In this document: positions 11,856 to 24,983 of the stretch, in pieces | Position numbering within the stretch: the stretch's first letter is position 1 | Layout: each line of letters begins with the position of its first letter | Source of the DNA: Utricularia gibba | Lineage: Eukaryota; Plantae; Magnoliophyta | Length of the DNA stretch: 64,000 bases | Reading direction: 5' to 3' | Assembly (NCBI GenBank): GCA_002189035.1 | Contig: NEEC01000010.1 | Location: 3,162,001-3,226,000 of the forward strand | Program-made: the position numbers and the translations under genes | Notes under the pieces: generated by a model | The model's input: the letters and a program-made list of their open reading frames with translations, nothing else | Databases searched by the model: none | Told to the model about the DNA's origin: nothing

Positions 11856-14286
11856 ATGGAATCTCTCTGTTTCAATACGCCGATCCCAGGGATGATGACA
11901 CCGTCTTTGGCAGCTACCGGAAATGGGGAACTGCGGCTGAGTGAAAAGGCTTCGGTTTCGGCGGTGCAGCAGAGGAATTCGCCTTTCGGCTTCAGTTTTC
12001 GTCAGCCTTTACGATCTTTGTGGCCGCTGGGTAAAAACCGGCCAGAACCCGCGATCGCGGTGTATGACGCTGTGTCGGTTGATAAAAGAGAAGATTTAGG
12101 AGGGGGAGAAGCGGAAAAGAGGAACGAAACTTGGGTTTTAAAGATTTTGCGCGTCAACTCAATCTGGACAGGGGCAAGGAGAACCGGCGATCCGGTTGAA
12201 GAAAAAGGGGTGGATTCGGAGGAAGATGATCGGAATTGCGGATCGGGGAATGAGGAATGCGAAGGGTGCCCCGTTGATGATGACGAAGACGAGAAACTTG
12301 TATTTGATCGAGAATCCTTCTCAAAACTCTTGACCAAAGTGCCTTTCGACGAAGCTGTATTGTACGCTAAAATAGCGTATTTGGGAAATTTGGCTTACTC
12401 AATATCGGAAATCAAGGTTTGTCTTCCTCCGATTTCTCTTTGGTTTGATGAAATTTCAGATCATGCTTATGAATGTATGCCCTATTTGTTGACTTTTTGA
12501 TTCAGCCTGAGAATCTACTGAAATATCATGGATTCCGGTTTGTTACTTCGTCTCTGGAGAAGAAAGAACAGATCTTGAGGGCTGAAAAAGAGAAACTGCC
12601 ATCTGAAGAACTTCAAACAGATGTAAAGAAAGCATCTGAATCTCTCGATGATCCACAGAAACGGACTGTTAACCGGATCAGCGCATCGATCGCTTACCAA
12701 ATTGCTGCTTCCGCTGCATCCTATTTGCACTCCCATACGAAAAGCATTCTTCGTTTCAAATCAATGAAGTCAATGCCGAATGGAGGAGTGAGCAATGAGA
12801 TGAAGGATAGTATTGATGGGCTTAATCAAGACATGGCATCGTTAATGGCTACTGATTCAGTCACTGCAGTAGTTGCTGCGAAGGAGGAGGTAAAACAAGC
12901 AGTTGCAGATGATCTGAACTCAACTCGTTCTTCCCCATGTGACTGGTTTATCTGTGATGATGATCGAACCGCCACGAGATTCTTTGTTATACAGGTTGAA
13001 GTTCAGGTTTCTTGTTGCCATTTCCTCACTGTCTGAATCTCCTTGCTCCATTTCATTAACTTGGTTTCCCCTTTCGCTTACAGGGTTCTGAGTCTTTGGC
13101 TTCATGGCAAGCAAATCTTCTCTTTGAGCCTGTAAAATTCGAGGTGCTCATACTCAATTGCTCTGGTCTGGCTCTCAGTTTGTGTGTTTCAGAAAAAAAC
13201 AGAGAACTGATCTCCTTTCTCCTTATAGGGGCTTGATGCTCTGGTTCATAGAGGTATATATGAGGCTGGAAAGGGAATGTACGATCAAATGCTGCCGGAA
13301 GTCGAGGCGCACCTCAAGGCGCATGGAAAGAATGCCAGATTCCGGTTCACAGGGCACTCTCTGGGTGGAAGCCTATCGCTGGTGATAAATCTCATGTTGT
13401 TGATAAGGGGTGTACTGCCACATTCTTCTTTGCTTCCTGTGATAACCTTCGGCTCACCATCGATCATGTGCGGCGGAGATCATCTTCTCCGCATTCTCGG
13501 GTTACCTCGAAATCACGTTCAGTCGATCATGATGCACCGGGACATTGTCCCGCGAGCTTTCTCCTGCCACTACCCACGACATGTCGCGGAGTTTCTCAAG
13601 GCGGTGAATGGGAACTTCCGCAGCCTCCCATGCCTCAATAACCAGGTCTTCATCTTCTCTTCCGCGTGTGGCGTCTGTTGCTTTTATGGCGAATGGTTGC
13701 CTTACTGTCAGTGGGTTCTTTCTGTTTCCAGAAGCTTTTGTACGCCCCGATCGGACAACTGCTGATCCTTCAGCCGGATAATCGAGTTTCCCCGAACCAC
13801 GACCTACTCCCCTCAGGCAGAGGCTTGTATCTCCTGAGCTGCGATGATACGGATTCTCTCAAGGCGGAGAAGACGATCCGTGCCGCGTGGTCCGTATTCC
13901 TGAACTCCCCCCACCCTCTGGAGATACTCAGCGACCGTTCTGCGTACGGCTCCGGAGGCCAAATCCAAAGAGATCATGACATGAGGTCATATCTGAAGAC
14001 CGTCCGCAACGAGCTCAGGGGAAGGCGGAAGGCCAGGAAGGAACGCCGTGTGAAGATATGGTGGCCGATCGTCACCATCGGCGGAGGCATCATGATGGGC
14101 AGGCGAGCTGCGAGCATGATGAGTCGCAGCCAGGTGAACCTCTCGATCCTCGTACAGAGCGGCGGGGAGTCGTTGAAAAGGCTCAGTAGGTTCCTTGTTT
14201 CACAGCGCCTGAATCTCCTTCTGGTCATCTTCTTCCCTGCGAGATTGCTTCTGGTTCGTATGTATAGTCTGATCAAAATCCCTTGA
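11856..14286 (+). CDS. PLIP2: Plastid phospholipase A1 PLIP2/3-like (lipase class 3), 5 exons
   Basis: [38 protein letters not shown], the GHSLGG nucleophile elbow, [11 protein letters not shown]-like segment and DHDMRSY. Confidence 0.92.
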
Positions 14287-14597
14287 AAGAACACCAGCCA
14301 CAGACCGAGTACTCTTGCTCGATTCTTTATTCAATATTTTTTTTTTTACATTATAGTTAATGATAATGCAGAAAAAAGGGCACACGTGTCGACCGTTGGA
14401 TTATTTGGGCCAGATGCGCGGTATTGGGCTTACGGGATGGGTCGGTTTAGACGAGCGGCCCAGTTGTATGATAAAGATGTAAGGAACGTGCTAAGAAAGC
14501 GTTATCAGGAGAAAAATATCGGGGACAAAACATTGTTCCAGGGAGAGGTATTTGAGTTCTGATTGACCGGAGTTCTTTCGCAGGATTCGATCGGAAG

Positions 14598-15723
14598 ATG
14601 TTTCTGCTTGATTGGTTCTACGGCGTGTTAGCTTCTCTCGGATTGTGGCAGAAAGAGGCGAAGATCTTGTTTCTGGGCCTCGATAATGCGGGAAAGACCA
14701 CACTGCTGCATATGCTCAAGGATGAGGTAGGTTTTCATCGATTTTTGTATGCGGATCTTTTTGACTTTACTGGATCAGGAGTTTTTTTTTTGTCTGGTCC
14801 AGAGATTGGTGCAGCATCAGCCGACGCAGTACCCGACATCGGAAGAATTGAGTATTGGAAAGATTAAGTTCAAGGCGTTCGATTTGGGAGGTCATCAGAT
14901 CGCTCGTAGGGTTTGGAAGGATTACTATGCGAAGGTTGATATTTTTATCACTTTGGTTTCGTTCATGTGCTTTGTTTGGTCCAGAAATTTTTTATCTGTC
15001 CCTGTTTATTTGGTCTTTGTGAGATTAGAATGTTCTTTTTTTTTCTGACTGAAAATACTTGAGCTTCTGAGTTGCAACCATTTTTCTTGGATATGTAAAT
15101 GTACTGTAAACATGCCCCAGATATGTCTGTATGTTGCTTTGTACAAACATGCGCTTTTGAAGATTCAAGGCCTTGTTTTGCAGCAAGCTTTTCCTGTGAA
15201 ATTTTAATTGGGTTTCGGTGAAGATAATTGGTTGCTCATGAGGCAGGCGTATCTATGCACTTCATGGCTGCAGTGACTGTTTATTTCATCTCATTTAGAA
15301 ATTGCAAACCTGGGTATCAAAGTAGATTGTGAACTTGGCATTGGCATTCATATTTTTTTTTTTTACTGGCTGACTTTAACACATGGTGTACCCCTGATTC
15401 AGGTTGATGCCGTAGTTTATCTTGTGGATGCAAATGACAGGGAGCGATTTGCAGAATCAAAGAAGGAATTAGATGCACTACTGTCCGATGAGGCCCTCGC
15501 CAGCGTCCCCTTTCTCATCCTAGGAAACAAGATAGACATACCATATGCCGCCTCTGAAGATGAGCTGAGGTTCCACCTTGGCCTGACCGAGGTAACCACC
15601 GGGAAGGGGAAGGTGAACCTCACAGATTCTAATGTCCGTCCTATTGAGGTTTTCATGTGCAGCATTGTGCGCAAAATGGGGTATGGGGATGGCTTCAAAT
15701 GGATGTCTCAGTACATTAAGTGA
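14598..15723 (+). CDS. SAR1: Small GTPase SAR1 (COPII), 3 exons (about 14598-14726, 14805-14936, 15403-15723)
   Basis: [66 protein letters not shown]. Confidence 0.98.
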
Positions 15724-16009
15724 TCCCCATCGCACAGCTTGGCTTTCAGGTACAACCATCTCTTTGAACATCATCTAGAGAAAAGATGATAAACTAGGGA
15801 AACAGATCCATTGGTGGTTCTTCTCTGTAAAATTTCTCAACTTGCCAACTTCCTATGATGCGAACACATCTCCTTTATTATGTGTTGAATCTTTAAGACA
15901 TGAGTTCCATGAAATCGAATCATCGCTGTCATTTCATGGATGTGCTGCTTATTTGCTTATCAAAGAGGTACTCTTAGGTTAGTTTGATCGCTCATTACCC
16001 CTAGTTTCC

Positions 16010-16450
16010 TTTTCCGTTGGTAATTCCCACCTCTCCGATGGCGCGGAGAGGATCACTGCGGCAGAGCTGATGCTGGAGTACCCGCCGTCGGTTTAGATGC
16101 GCATTCCTTAGAAACTGCGCCTCATGCCTCCGATGAAGGCAGCTAAGGTAACGCCGGCAGTAGATCGGAATCAAATCTACGTCGAAAATCCAGCACCTTC
16201 CTTCCTTCGCGGGCACTGTTCCGTTTAGGGGCTGTCGTGCGGTGGCTGGGGGAGGAGAATAGCCCATGGTCATGGAAAGTGTTTGCCGGAATCCGACGAT
16301 TTTGACGATAAAACAGACGTTCTGCCGGAGTTCTCGAACCGGCGGTCCCCATGGAAAGGAGCGTAGACACCAACCAATACCATCATGGAGACGAGGAGGT
16401 CGAAGTCGAAAAACGACCGTTGGATCACGAAGTAAGATGTCATTTACATT
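16010..16450 (+). pseudogene. Degraded DUF4228/PADRE-family gene
   Basis: One + frame reads SDG..ITAAELMLEYP, then stops, then PEFSNRRSPWKGA(L)DT, resembling the family N-terminal xAELMLExP and C-terminal WKPSLDTI motifs. No start codon found. Confidence 0.55.
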
Positions 16451-17107
16451 GATATTTATATTTTCTTAAATTGAAAAATATACAGATTATTTGCTATTGG
16501 GCTTTTATTATCATGGCCCATAGTATACCAAACATCTGGGCCGACTATATAACTAATAGTTTTCCCCCAGAAAATCATATATATTTGAAAATCCACAGGC
16601 ATCCCCGGGAGCCGTTTCCATCATCTACGCCAGGTACGTCAGCATATACCTAGTGTCACTGTGTCAGCGGCGTCGTTAAGTGAACCTTTTTTTGCCGCTT
16701 ATTCGTTTCTTAGGAATTGGGTCCTGGAGTTTGGCGCCGCCGCTGCCGCTCGGTTTAAGGTAGTTGGCGGCTATTTTTTTTGTTTTTGTGTTTTGTGGGC
16801 TTGGGATATCCATACAAGTGGTGTAGGAAGTTTGCTTGAATCAGCCGACTGGCTTCTTCACGCTTTTTTTTTTTTTTGTGATTGAACACTTCGTTGAATT
16901 TCTTCGACTAACTGAGGGGTGCTTGTGCCTTATTTTTACTTTGTGGAAATTGAGCTATGATGTGGTTTACGCTCGTGAGTGCTTTAGCTCTTAAACGTAG
17001 AGATTCGGAGTGTCGGATTCATCTACTCGTCATTTTTCAGTTTGTTAATGTTTTTGAACTCAAAATGATTTCTTTTTTGTAGCTCGTGGTCAAGCGCCCC
17101 TGCATCC

Positions 17108-19267
17108 ATGGGAACTTGGGACATGAAATCCAATCTTGTTCTGATTTTGGATTTTGGGTCGCAGTATACTCATCTGATCACCAGAAGAATCAGGGCTCTC
17201 AATGTATTCTCCCTCTGCATAAATGGAACCTCCTCCTTAAAAACAATCACAGAGCTCAATCCAAAAGTGATAATACTGTCTGGTGGCCCGCATAGTGTAC
17301 ATGTGCAAAATGCACCATCTTTTCCACCGGGGTTTATTGAGTATGTTGATACGAATGAAATCCACGTTTTGGGCATATGTTATGGGCTACAGTTGATTGT
17401 GCAGCAATTGGGTGGTGAAGTACGATCTGGGGAGAAACAGGAGTATGGGAGGATGGAGATTGTGGTGGAGAAGGCTTGTGGACTATTCGGCAATGAGAAG
17501 ATTGGGAAAAAGCAGAACGTATGGATGAGTCATGGTGATGAAGCTGTGAGCTTACCAGATGGATTTGAAGTTGTTGCGAGGAGTAAACAGGGCTCTGTGG
17601 CTGCAGTTGAAAATCGAAGTAGGAGGTTGTATGGGCTGCAATATCATCCTGAGGTAGAGTTCGATTAAGTCTCTCAGTAGTTGGTAATTTTTTTCCCTTT
17701 TCATGTGAATATTGGACACTTGTTTTTTGGCGACTCTGTAGCCCACTTTTTTTTCCATTTTTCGAGACAGATGATGGTTTACATGTTGTTTGTAAGTGTG
17801 AAAACTTTCTCACTGTCTTTTTATTCCGAAATATCAACTTGATGGTGTTATGCTTTGTCAATTTTCTTCAGGTAACACATTCAGAAGATGGAATGGAAAC
17901 GTTAAAATATTTTCTAATTGATTTATGTGGAGTTGTCGCTGGGTGGAGTATGGAAGATGTATTGGATGAGGAATTAAAAGTAATTGAAAAAACGGTTGGA
18001 CCTGAAGATCATGTCATATGTGCTCTATCCGGTGGAGTAGACTCTGCAGTTGCTGCTACTTTAGTCCATAAAGCAATTGGAGATAGGCTTCACTGTGTTT
18101 TTGTTGATAATGGGTTACTGAGGTTAGGATACTTTCAGCTTCAACAAATTTCATGCAAATGCCCCCCTTTTTCCAGTTGCCTCCAACCTTTTTTCCATCT
18201 GTTTAATCCAACGCAGGTGGAAGGAGAGGGAAAGAGTAATGGAGACATTGGAGAATGAACTCCGCTTGCCTGTTGAATGTCGTGATGCTTCAGAACGATT
18301 CCTTAGCAAGCTAAAGGGTGTTACAGAACCTGAAGAGAAAAGAAAAATAATAGGGAAGGAATTTATTGCCATCTTTGATGAGTTTGCTCATGATTTAGAG
18401 GTGGAATTAGGTAAGAAGCCATCTTTTTTGGTTCAAGGGACCCTGTACCCTGATGTCATTGAGTCATGCCCGCCCCCTGGAAGTGGAAGAACCCACTCTC
18501 ATACCATCAAAAGTCATCACAACGTTGGAGGTCTTCCTAAGGATATGAAACTGAAGCTTATTGAGCCACTGAAACTGTTATTCAAAGATGAGGTATTCAG
18601 TTTCCTTTTCCTTACAACCGCCAGATGTATTCATTCAAGCCTTCTCTTGCAACTAAGCAATATGTCCTTTCTGGGTAACTTCTTTCATGTAAGGTTCGGC
18701 AACTGGGAAGGATCATGAATGTCCCAGAGTTGTTCCTGAAGCGCCACCCCTTCCCAGGGCCTGGCCTTGCGGTCCGTGTCCCTGGTGATGTTACCCTGGA
18801 AAACCGTCTGGATATCCTTCGCAAGGTAATGCATCTCAATGTTGTTCAAGGAAATGTGTGGCTGGAGCTGACTCTTAGGCAACACTTCTTCCAGGCTGAT
18901 GAAATCTTCATTCAAGCAATCAAAGATGCGGGGATATACGATTCGATATGGCAAGCTTTCGCCGTCTTCTTGCCGGTTTTAACCGTTGGGGTTCAGGGTG
19001 ACCAGAGAACGCACAGATATGCCATTGGCCTCAGAGCCGTCACCAGTCAAGATGGCATGACAGCGGACTGGTATGACTTGGGATCCTTCTTTCATTTTGA
19101 TCCACCTGCATCTGTGTTTATCATCTTGAAACACACCATCCAGGTACTACTTTGATCACAAGTTTCTTGCCGATGTTTCGACCAAGATCTGCAATGAAGT
19201 TCCCAGCGTAAACCGGGTTCTTCTCGACATCACGTCGAAGCCTCCATCCACAATTGAGTGGGAATAG
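17108..19267 (+). CDS. guaA: GMP synthase (glutamine-hydrolysing), 6 coding exons plus a 5' UTR intron
   Basis: [67 protein letters not shown]. Confidence 0.97.
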
Positions 19268-19410
19268 ACCCGGCGATTCGAATGAGCACCAGTTTGCCAG
19301 CTTGTTGCTGCTGTGATTTGTGGGTCGTTTGCTCTGGTCGGTAATAAGCTTCTAGAGCAGACTAAGGCGGCCGTAGCTCTGTTATCGGAATGGTAGATTT
19401 CCCTTCCCCC

Positions 19411-19740
19411 TTATAAACAAGGATGGTTCATTACGATCGTGGGTAAACGAGTGAAAGAGAACCGATCGGTCTGCGCCGCCGCGCTGAGCTCCTCCACCTC
19501 GTCCCACCCCGCCGGACACTCCCTGATCACCGGATTCTCCGCGCACGTCTCCGCCGCATTACCCGAAACCTTATCAGGCGCCGCGCACGCCACCACTCGC
19601 ATCCGCCCTTTTTCAGTTGCGGCTTAGGCCAACCTTCACGGATTGTCCAGCCGCCTGAAACCGTTCACACGAGGATCGGAGTTCGCCGCTATGACGACAA
19701 CTTTCACAGCCGCTGCGCTCACTCCGGATACTGCCGCCAT
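19411..19740 (-). pseudogene. CP12: Calvin-cycle regulator CP12 pseudogene
   Basis: A single frame from ATG 19740 gives a transit peptide with TGA (19636-38, NPW to NP*) and TAA (19624-26), then AAPDKVS...ETCAENPVIRECPAGWDEVEELSAAA. The C-terminal Cys loop is absent. Confidence 0.85.
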
Positions 19741-19923
19741 CGTCGATTAACAAATCGCCGATGCCACAACGTGCATCTGCCATCGCAATTACCTTATCGT
19801 ATCCGCCACGTGCAGGAAGGACATTTCTATTTTTGTCTCATTCCAGGAAAAGAAGGCGCAATTCTGGGCTTCAATATCTTTGGGTTTGGCTGAAGAAAAG
19901 AATTTGGAGACTAGGGTTTTAAC

Positions 19924-21114
19924 ATGACCAGCAGGATGAGCCTAGAGACTCAGGTGATGGGCAAATCGGCGGCAAAGAGCATTCTCAAGGCGAAGAAAGA
20001 TGTCGGATTGCAATTAGCTGCAGATGCTTTGCAAACGGGGCATAATTCGGCTGGCGAGGTTTATGCTGCAGCGAGAGCGGTGGATGCCGCCATGCTAGAG
20101 TATGATTCTGAAGAGAATCCATGCGGATGACAAAAAGATCCGGTTGAGTGTGAGGCGGCATTCAACAAGGATTTCTGCGACGAGAGGTCTTCCATATCAG
20201 AGATAAAGCAAGAGGGACACGCAGACCAACTGCCCGGGATCGGTAAAACGCTAATGTTTAGCACATCAGTACCAGAAGGGAGTCTTTAGAGAAGACCTAT
20301 CGCAATCTGCCCCAGCTGGTCCCTAACAAGGTGAGCTTCTGAATCTTTCAGGGTAGACCATCTGTTAATGCCATTGTTTCTCTTAAAGTGCTCAATCCAA
20401 GTGCTTTTGACTGCCCACCATTCCAGATCTTAACTGCAGCATGGGCCCGAGTTGTATCCACCGATCGAGCCGTGGTGGCAACATGGTTGCGGCTGTCAAC
20501 GGGACGCTGACTTCTCAGTGGGACTCCTTTTCTCAAAATCCATGCTTCCTTCATTGGAAATGATGAGTTTGAAGGTAAAATAAGTCTTTTTTACGGCAAA
20601 GTTACCACAAAAAAGAACAAATTCTTAGAGAATGTGTTCTGGATGAGCTGCTGATGTGAATATACCAAAGAGACGAGAATAAAACTGATCTAATCTTTAT
20701 TCCTGTGAATAAGCATTTATTTCCTTCTCCCCTTTTCTGATATACAAATAAAATAAAAAAAGATAGGATGAGAATGGGGAAGTTCTTGATTCGATTGTTT
20801 TTGGATGAAGGTTTTAGTTGAAGTTGAGTTGATGATGCATGGTTGCCAATAGTAGAGCAGCCATGGGATGCTGGGAATGAATTCTTTGATCATTCTGGTT
20901 ATCCATGGCGGCATAAAGGTTGAAATGCTCACACCTTTCTATCCTGACTCCTTTCCCTGGATTCTGTTCTCCTTTTTGTTCGATCCAGATTCTTGATACT
21001 TCAACCACTGTGTCTGCCACTTGCTCTGTAATCATCTATATATGCTCATCTTCTGCATTTCTTGCTCTCTGTGTATTTGAACTCGGCATTGATTCCTCCC
21101 GGTTTGCACGCTGA
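19924..21114 (+). pseudogene. Unidentified degraded multi-exon gene remnant
   Basis: The ATG 19924 frame continues with protein-like sequence past an in-frame TGA (20128-30) to a GT donor near 20242. Further splice-like sites, stop-interrupted frames and a hydrophobic terminal frame follow. Family not recognised. Confidence 0.35.
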
Positions 21115-21219
21115 TTCTCTTTTCATAATCTTCCATTTCTTCTGTTGATAAATACTTCGCTCAACTGAGCGTCGCCCTCTAGCAGCTTCGGTTTCAACTC
21201 TTTTGTTCCTTCTGTTTGA

Positions 21220-23980
21220 ATGGCACCGCCTACCGATTCCTTGTTTCAGCTCCAGAATGGCGAACTCTCCGTTGGGAAGGTGCCTTTGCTCTCTAACGTC
21301 CCTGGGAACGTCACTTTCAAGAGCTTCTCCTCTGTGCGCCAGCAGTCTGCCGCGCCTCCAGCGATTGTCCGCCGCGCGGAGTCGCTCTCCTACAAGGGAG
21401 GATTTCTGGGATTCTCGAGTGCGCAAACCGCTGACCGCCATGTTCAGTCACTTGGGAAGTTCACCGACCGGGACTTCGTCAGTATTTTCAGGTTTAAAAC
21501 GTGGTGGTCGACTCAGTGGGTCGGAAAATCCGGGTCCGATGTGCAGATGGAGACCCAGTGGGTAATGTTCAATGTGCCGGAAACCAACTCATACGCCGTC
21601 GTGATTCCCATCATCGAAGGGAGTTTCCGGTCAGCGCTCAACCCCGGTGTCGCCGGTGAACTGCTAATTGTCGCCGAGAGCGGCTCGACCACCGTGAAAG
21701 CCTCTACCTTCAACGCGATTGCGTACGTCCACGTCTCCGACAACCCCTATTATCTGATGAAAGAAGCGTACACCGCCGTAAGAGTTCATCTCAACACTTT
21801 CAAGCTGGCGGAGGAGAAGTCCCCGCCGCCGTTGGTGAACAAATTCGGGTGGTGCACCTGGGACGCATTCTACTTGACGGTGGAACCCACTGGAATCTGG
21901 TACGGCGTTAAGGAGTTCGCCGACGGCGGGATGACACCGCGGTTTCTCATTATCGACGATGGGTGGCAGAGCATCAACATCGACGGCCAGGATCCGAATC
22001 AGGATGCTAAGAATCTCGTCCTCGGTGGAACTCAAATGACTGCTCGTCTTCATCGTCTCGACGAATGCGAGAAGTTCAGAAAATACAAAGGCGGTTCAAT
22101 GCTCAGCCCAAATCCCCCCAAATTCGATCCCAAAAAACCCAAACTTCTAATCTCAAAAGCCATCGAAATCGAAGTCGCAGAGAAAAATCGCGACAAGGAT
22201 GCCAAAGCCGGCGTCACCAATCTATCGCACTACGATCGCGAACTCGCGAGACTCAACAAGGAACTCGATGAAATGTTCGGCGGTGAAGGCGACGAATCAG
22301 CACCCAAAGGCTGCGCGAACTGCAGCTGCAGCAGCAACTCCGGAAACTCCGGAATGAAAGCTTTCACTCGGGACTTGAGGAGCCAATTCAAAGGACTCGA
22401 TGATGTTTACGTATGGCATGCGTTGTGCGGAGCTTGGGGCGGAGTTCGTCCTGGCGCAACGCATCTGAAATCGACGATCGAGCCGTGTAATTTGTCGCCG
22501 GGGCTCGACGGGACCATGACGGATCTTGCCGTTGTGAAGATCATCGAAGGGTCTATCGGTCTAGTTCATCCTGATCAAGCTGAAGATTTCTACGACTCCA
22601 TGCACGCGTATCTTGCTAGCGTCGGAATCACAGGCGTCAAAGTGGATGTCATTCATGTAAGCGAGAACCTCGTCTTCCTTCCTGTGATTCTCTTCATTTG
22701 CTTACTAACATTGGATTTGCATACAGTGTCTCGAGTACGTTTCTGAGAAGTATGGAGGAAGAGTTGATCTCGCCAAGGCATATTACAAAGGATTATCGAA
22801 ATCCCTTGCGAAGAACTTCAATGGAACAGGGCTGATCTCCAGTATGCAGCAGTGCAACGACTTCTTCTTACTAGGAACAGAGCAGATTTCCATTGGAAGA
22901 GTTGGTAAGGAACATCTCCTTGGTTTATCAATCCATCCCTGTGTACATACTAAGTGTTTGTGAAATGTTCTCAAAGGGGATGACTTCTGGTTCCAGGATC
23001 CCAATGGGGATCCCATGGGAGCTTACTGGCTGCAAGGGGTGCACATGATTCATTGTGCTTTCAACAGCTTGTGGATGGGGCAGATCATTCAGCCAGATTG
23101 GGACATGTTTCAATCAGACCATTTGTGCGCAAAGTTTCACGCAGGATCAAGGGCAATCTGTGGAGGACCTGTGTACGTCAGTGACTCTCTTGGAGGCCAT
23201 GATTTTGAACTTCTTAGGAAGCTTGTTTTTGCTGATGGCACAGTCCCAAAATGCATCCACTTTGCACTCCCAACAAGAGACTGTTTGTTCAAAAATCCAC
23301 TCTTTGACAGCACCACCATCCTCAAGATATGGAACATGAACAAGGTTGCTAGAATTCAATAAATCTTTGCCAGTGTCCGGGGCCTGGATCTAATAACCAG
23401 TTTGGTTTTTGCAGTATGGAGGTGTGATCGGAGCATTCAACTGCCAGGGCGCCGGATGGGATCCCAAGGAACAGAGAATCAAGGGATACTCCCAGTGCTA
23501 CAAGACGCTCACTGGTTCAGTCCATGTGACAGACGTTGAGTGGGATCAGAAACAGGAAACATCAGCATTCGGGCAAGCTGATGAATACGCTGTGTATCTC
23601 ACAGAGGCACAGAAGCTATTCATCACCAACCCCAACTCTCCTCCCACCGCCATCACCCTCAAGTCCTCCACCTTCGAGATCTTCACCTTCGTGCCGATCA
23701 ACCCTCTCGGCGGCACCGCCAAGTTCGCCCCCATCGGGCTGACCAACTTGTTCAACCCGGGGGAACCATCCAGAGCTTGCTGTACTACGAGTCCATAGCA
23801 AAGATTGAAGTGAAGGGTGACGGGGTGTTCCTGGCGTACTCCAGCGCCCCACCAAAAGCCGTGTACCTCAACGGCAGCACCTCCGGTTTCGAGTGGTCCG
23901 CCGGCGACGGGAAGCTGGAAGTCTACATCCCCTGGTACGGCGAGTGCGCAGGCATCTCCAACCTGAGCTTCGTTTTCTGA
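21220..23980 (+). CDS. STS: Stachyose synthase (GH36 raffinose-synthase family), 4 exons, one apparent -1 frameshift near 23755-23764
   Basis: FRFKTWWST, FGWCTWDAFYL, IIDDGWQS, the STS-specific insert (PKFDPKKPKLLISKAIEIE), VWHALCGAWGG, GVKVDVIH, QPDWDMFQSDH and FAPIGLTN. The terminal FNxGGTIQ...LSFVF* needs one added base. Confidence 0.95.
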
Positions 23981-24263
23981 ACAGGAGGGACGGCACTGAA
24001 CCGCCTCCACCATCCCATCCAAGTTCCCGGTTTGTTTCCAGACAATAAGTAAGTACTACTAGTCGCCATTGACACAGGGTACGTGAACAATGTTTTCCCT
24101 CTTCATTTCCTTCAATCCCATTTATTTTCACTGCTTGATCTGAATAAAAGATGAGAGCGAGCATCACCCCTGAACTCACAGTAACACAGTGAGGAAACAA
24201 ACAGCCGACATAGACTGAGATCATTCATCTATTCCACTAGGTTTGACTTGGAACAGTTCAAAT

Positions 24264-24283
24264 GGGGTTGGGGTTGGGGTTGG
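24264..24283 (+). repeat. (GGGGTT)3GG G-rich repeat
   Basis: ggggttggggttggggttgg read directly. Confidence 0.8.
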
Positions 24284-24983
24284 TATGCATGCCACTTGTC
24301 TCCCTCATGGGAGGGAGAAAGATGAGTGATACCCTTTGACTCTGTCTGGGGCCATCTGATATTATTGCATGGGCAGTCAACTCTGACTTTTGTCCTAACC
24401 TCCCACACAATCATTTTGCTGGCTGGTTAAGTCACTCTACCAGATATAAACATGGTCCGTGTTGATGTGCTTGGGGGAGTCTCTTTCCGTACACATTGTG
24501 ACATTTAGGGAAAAATTATATAATCGTTCTAACTATGTATTGAATTGATTTTTAATTCTTTTTAAATTATTTTAAATATATTTTCTAAAAATGATAATAT
24601 TTAAGTAATTCAAATATGTCATGGGTTAAATATTATATAATGATTAGAAGCAAATGGAAGAGGGGAATACGTCCAAATCGGACAGATGGGTGTGGATGCA
24701 GTTACGCGGAAGACAGCGTTGTACGACGGGGTGGCCCCACCGAGCGCGTCTCCGCCGCCACGGGCCCTCGGTCTCCACCTGGGGTTTCACACTGACGAGT
24801 ACCTTTTCAACGAGTCAAAGACAACGCCAGAAGCCGGATGCCTGCTTCGGTGCTATAAAGCCGCTCTCGTATTCTGTACTCGACACTCGGAATCGTCTCC
24901 TCCAAGGTTCATCCCCGGACTCACGCTTCTTTCTCAAGGAACTAGCTACCCATTTCCATTTATACTCCTCCGCAGCGGGAGAA

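Noticed and set aside
16001-16373. Minus-strand ORFs of 76-90 aa suggesting a novel small protein
   Set aside because: No recognisable motif, and better explained as antisense shadows of the + strand DUF4228 remnant.
19411-19740. CP12 loss as evidence of a non-photosynthetic plant
   Set aside because: CP12 is a small multigene family and other copies cannot be seen here. Plastid PPO1, PII and PLIP are intact.
20560-20655. C/D box snoRNA candidate (ATGATGA ... CTGA)
   Set aside because: No terminal stem or recognisable rRNA antisense element, and it overlaps a putative exon/intron boundary of the remnant.
24686-24983. N-terminal 100 aa of the 362-aa WRKY ORF
   Set aside because: It spans promoter sequence (TATAAA near 24855, W-box-like GTCAA) and the 5' UTR. 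The WRKY23-like N-terminus starts at ATG 24984 in another frame, so the long ORF arises from the frameshift.
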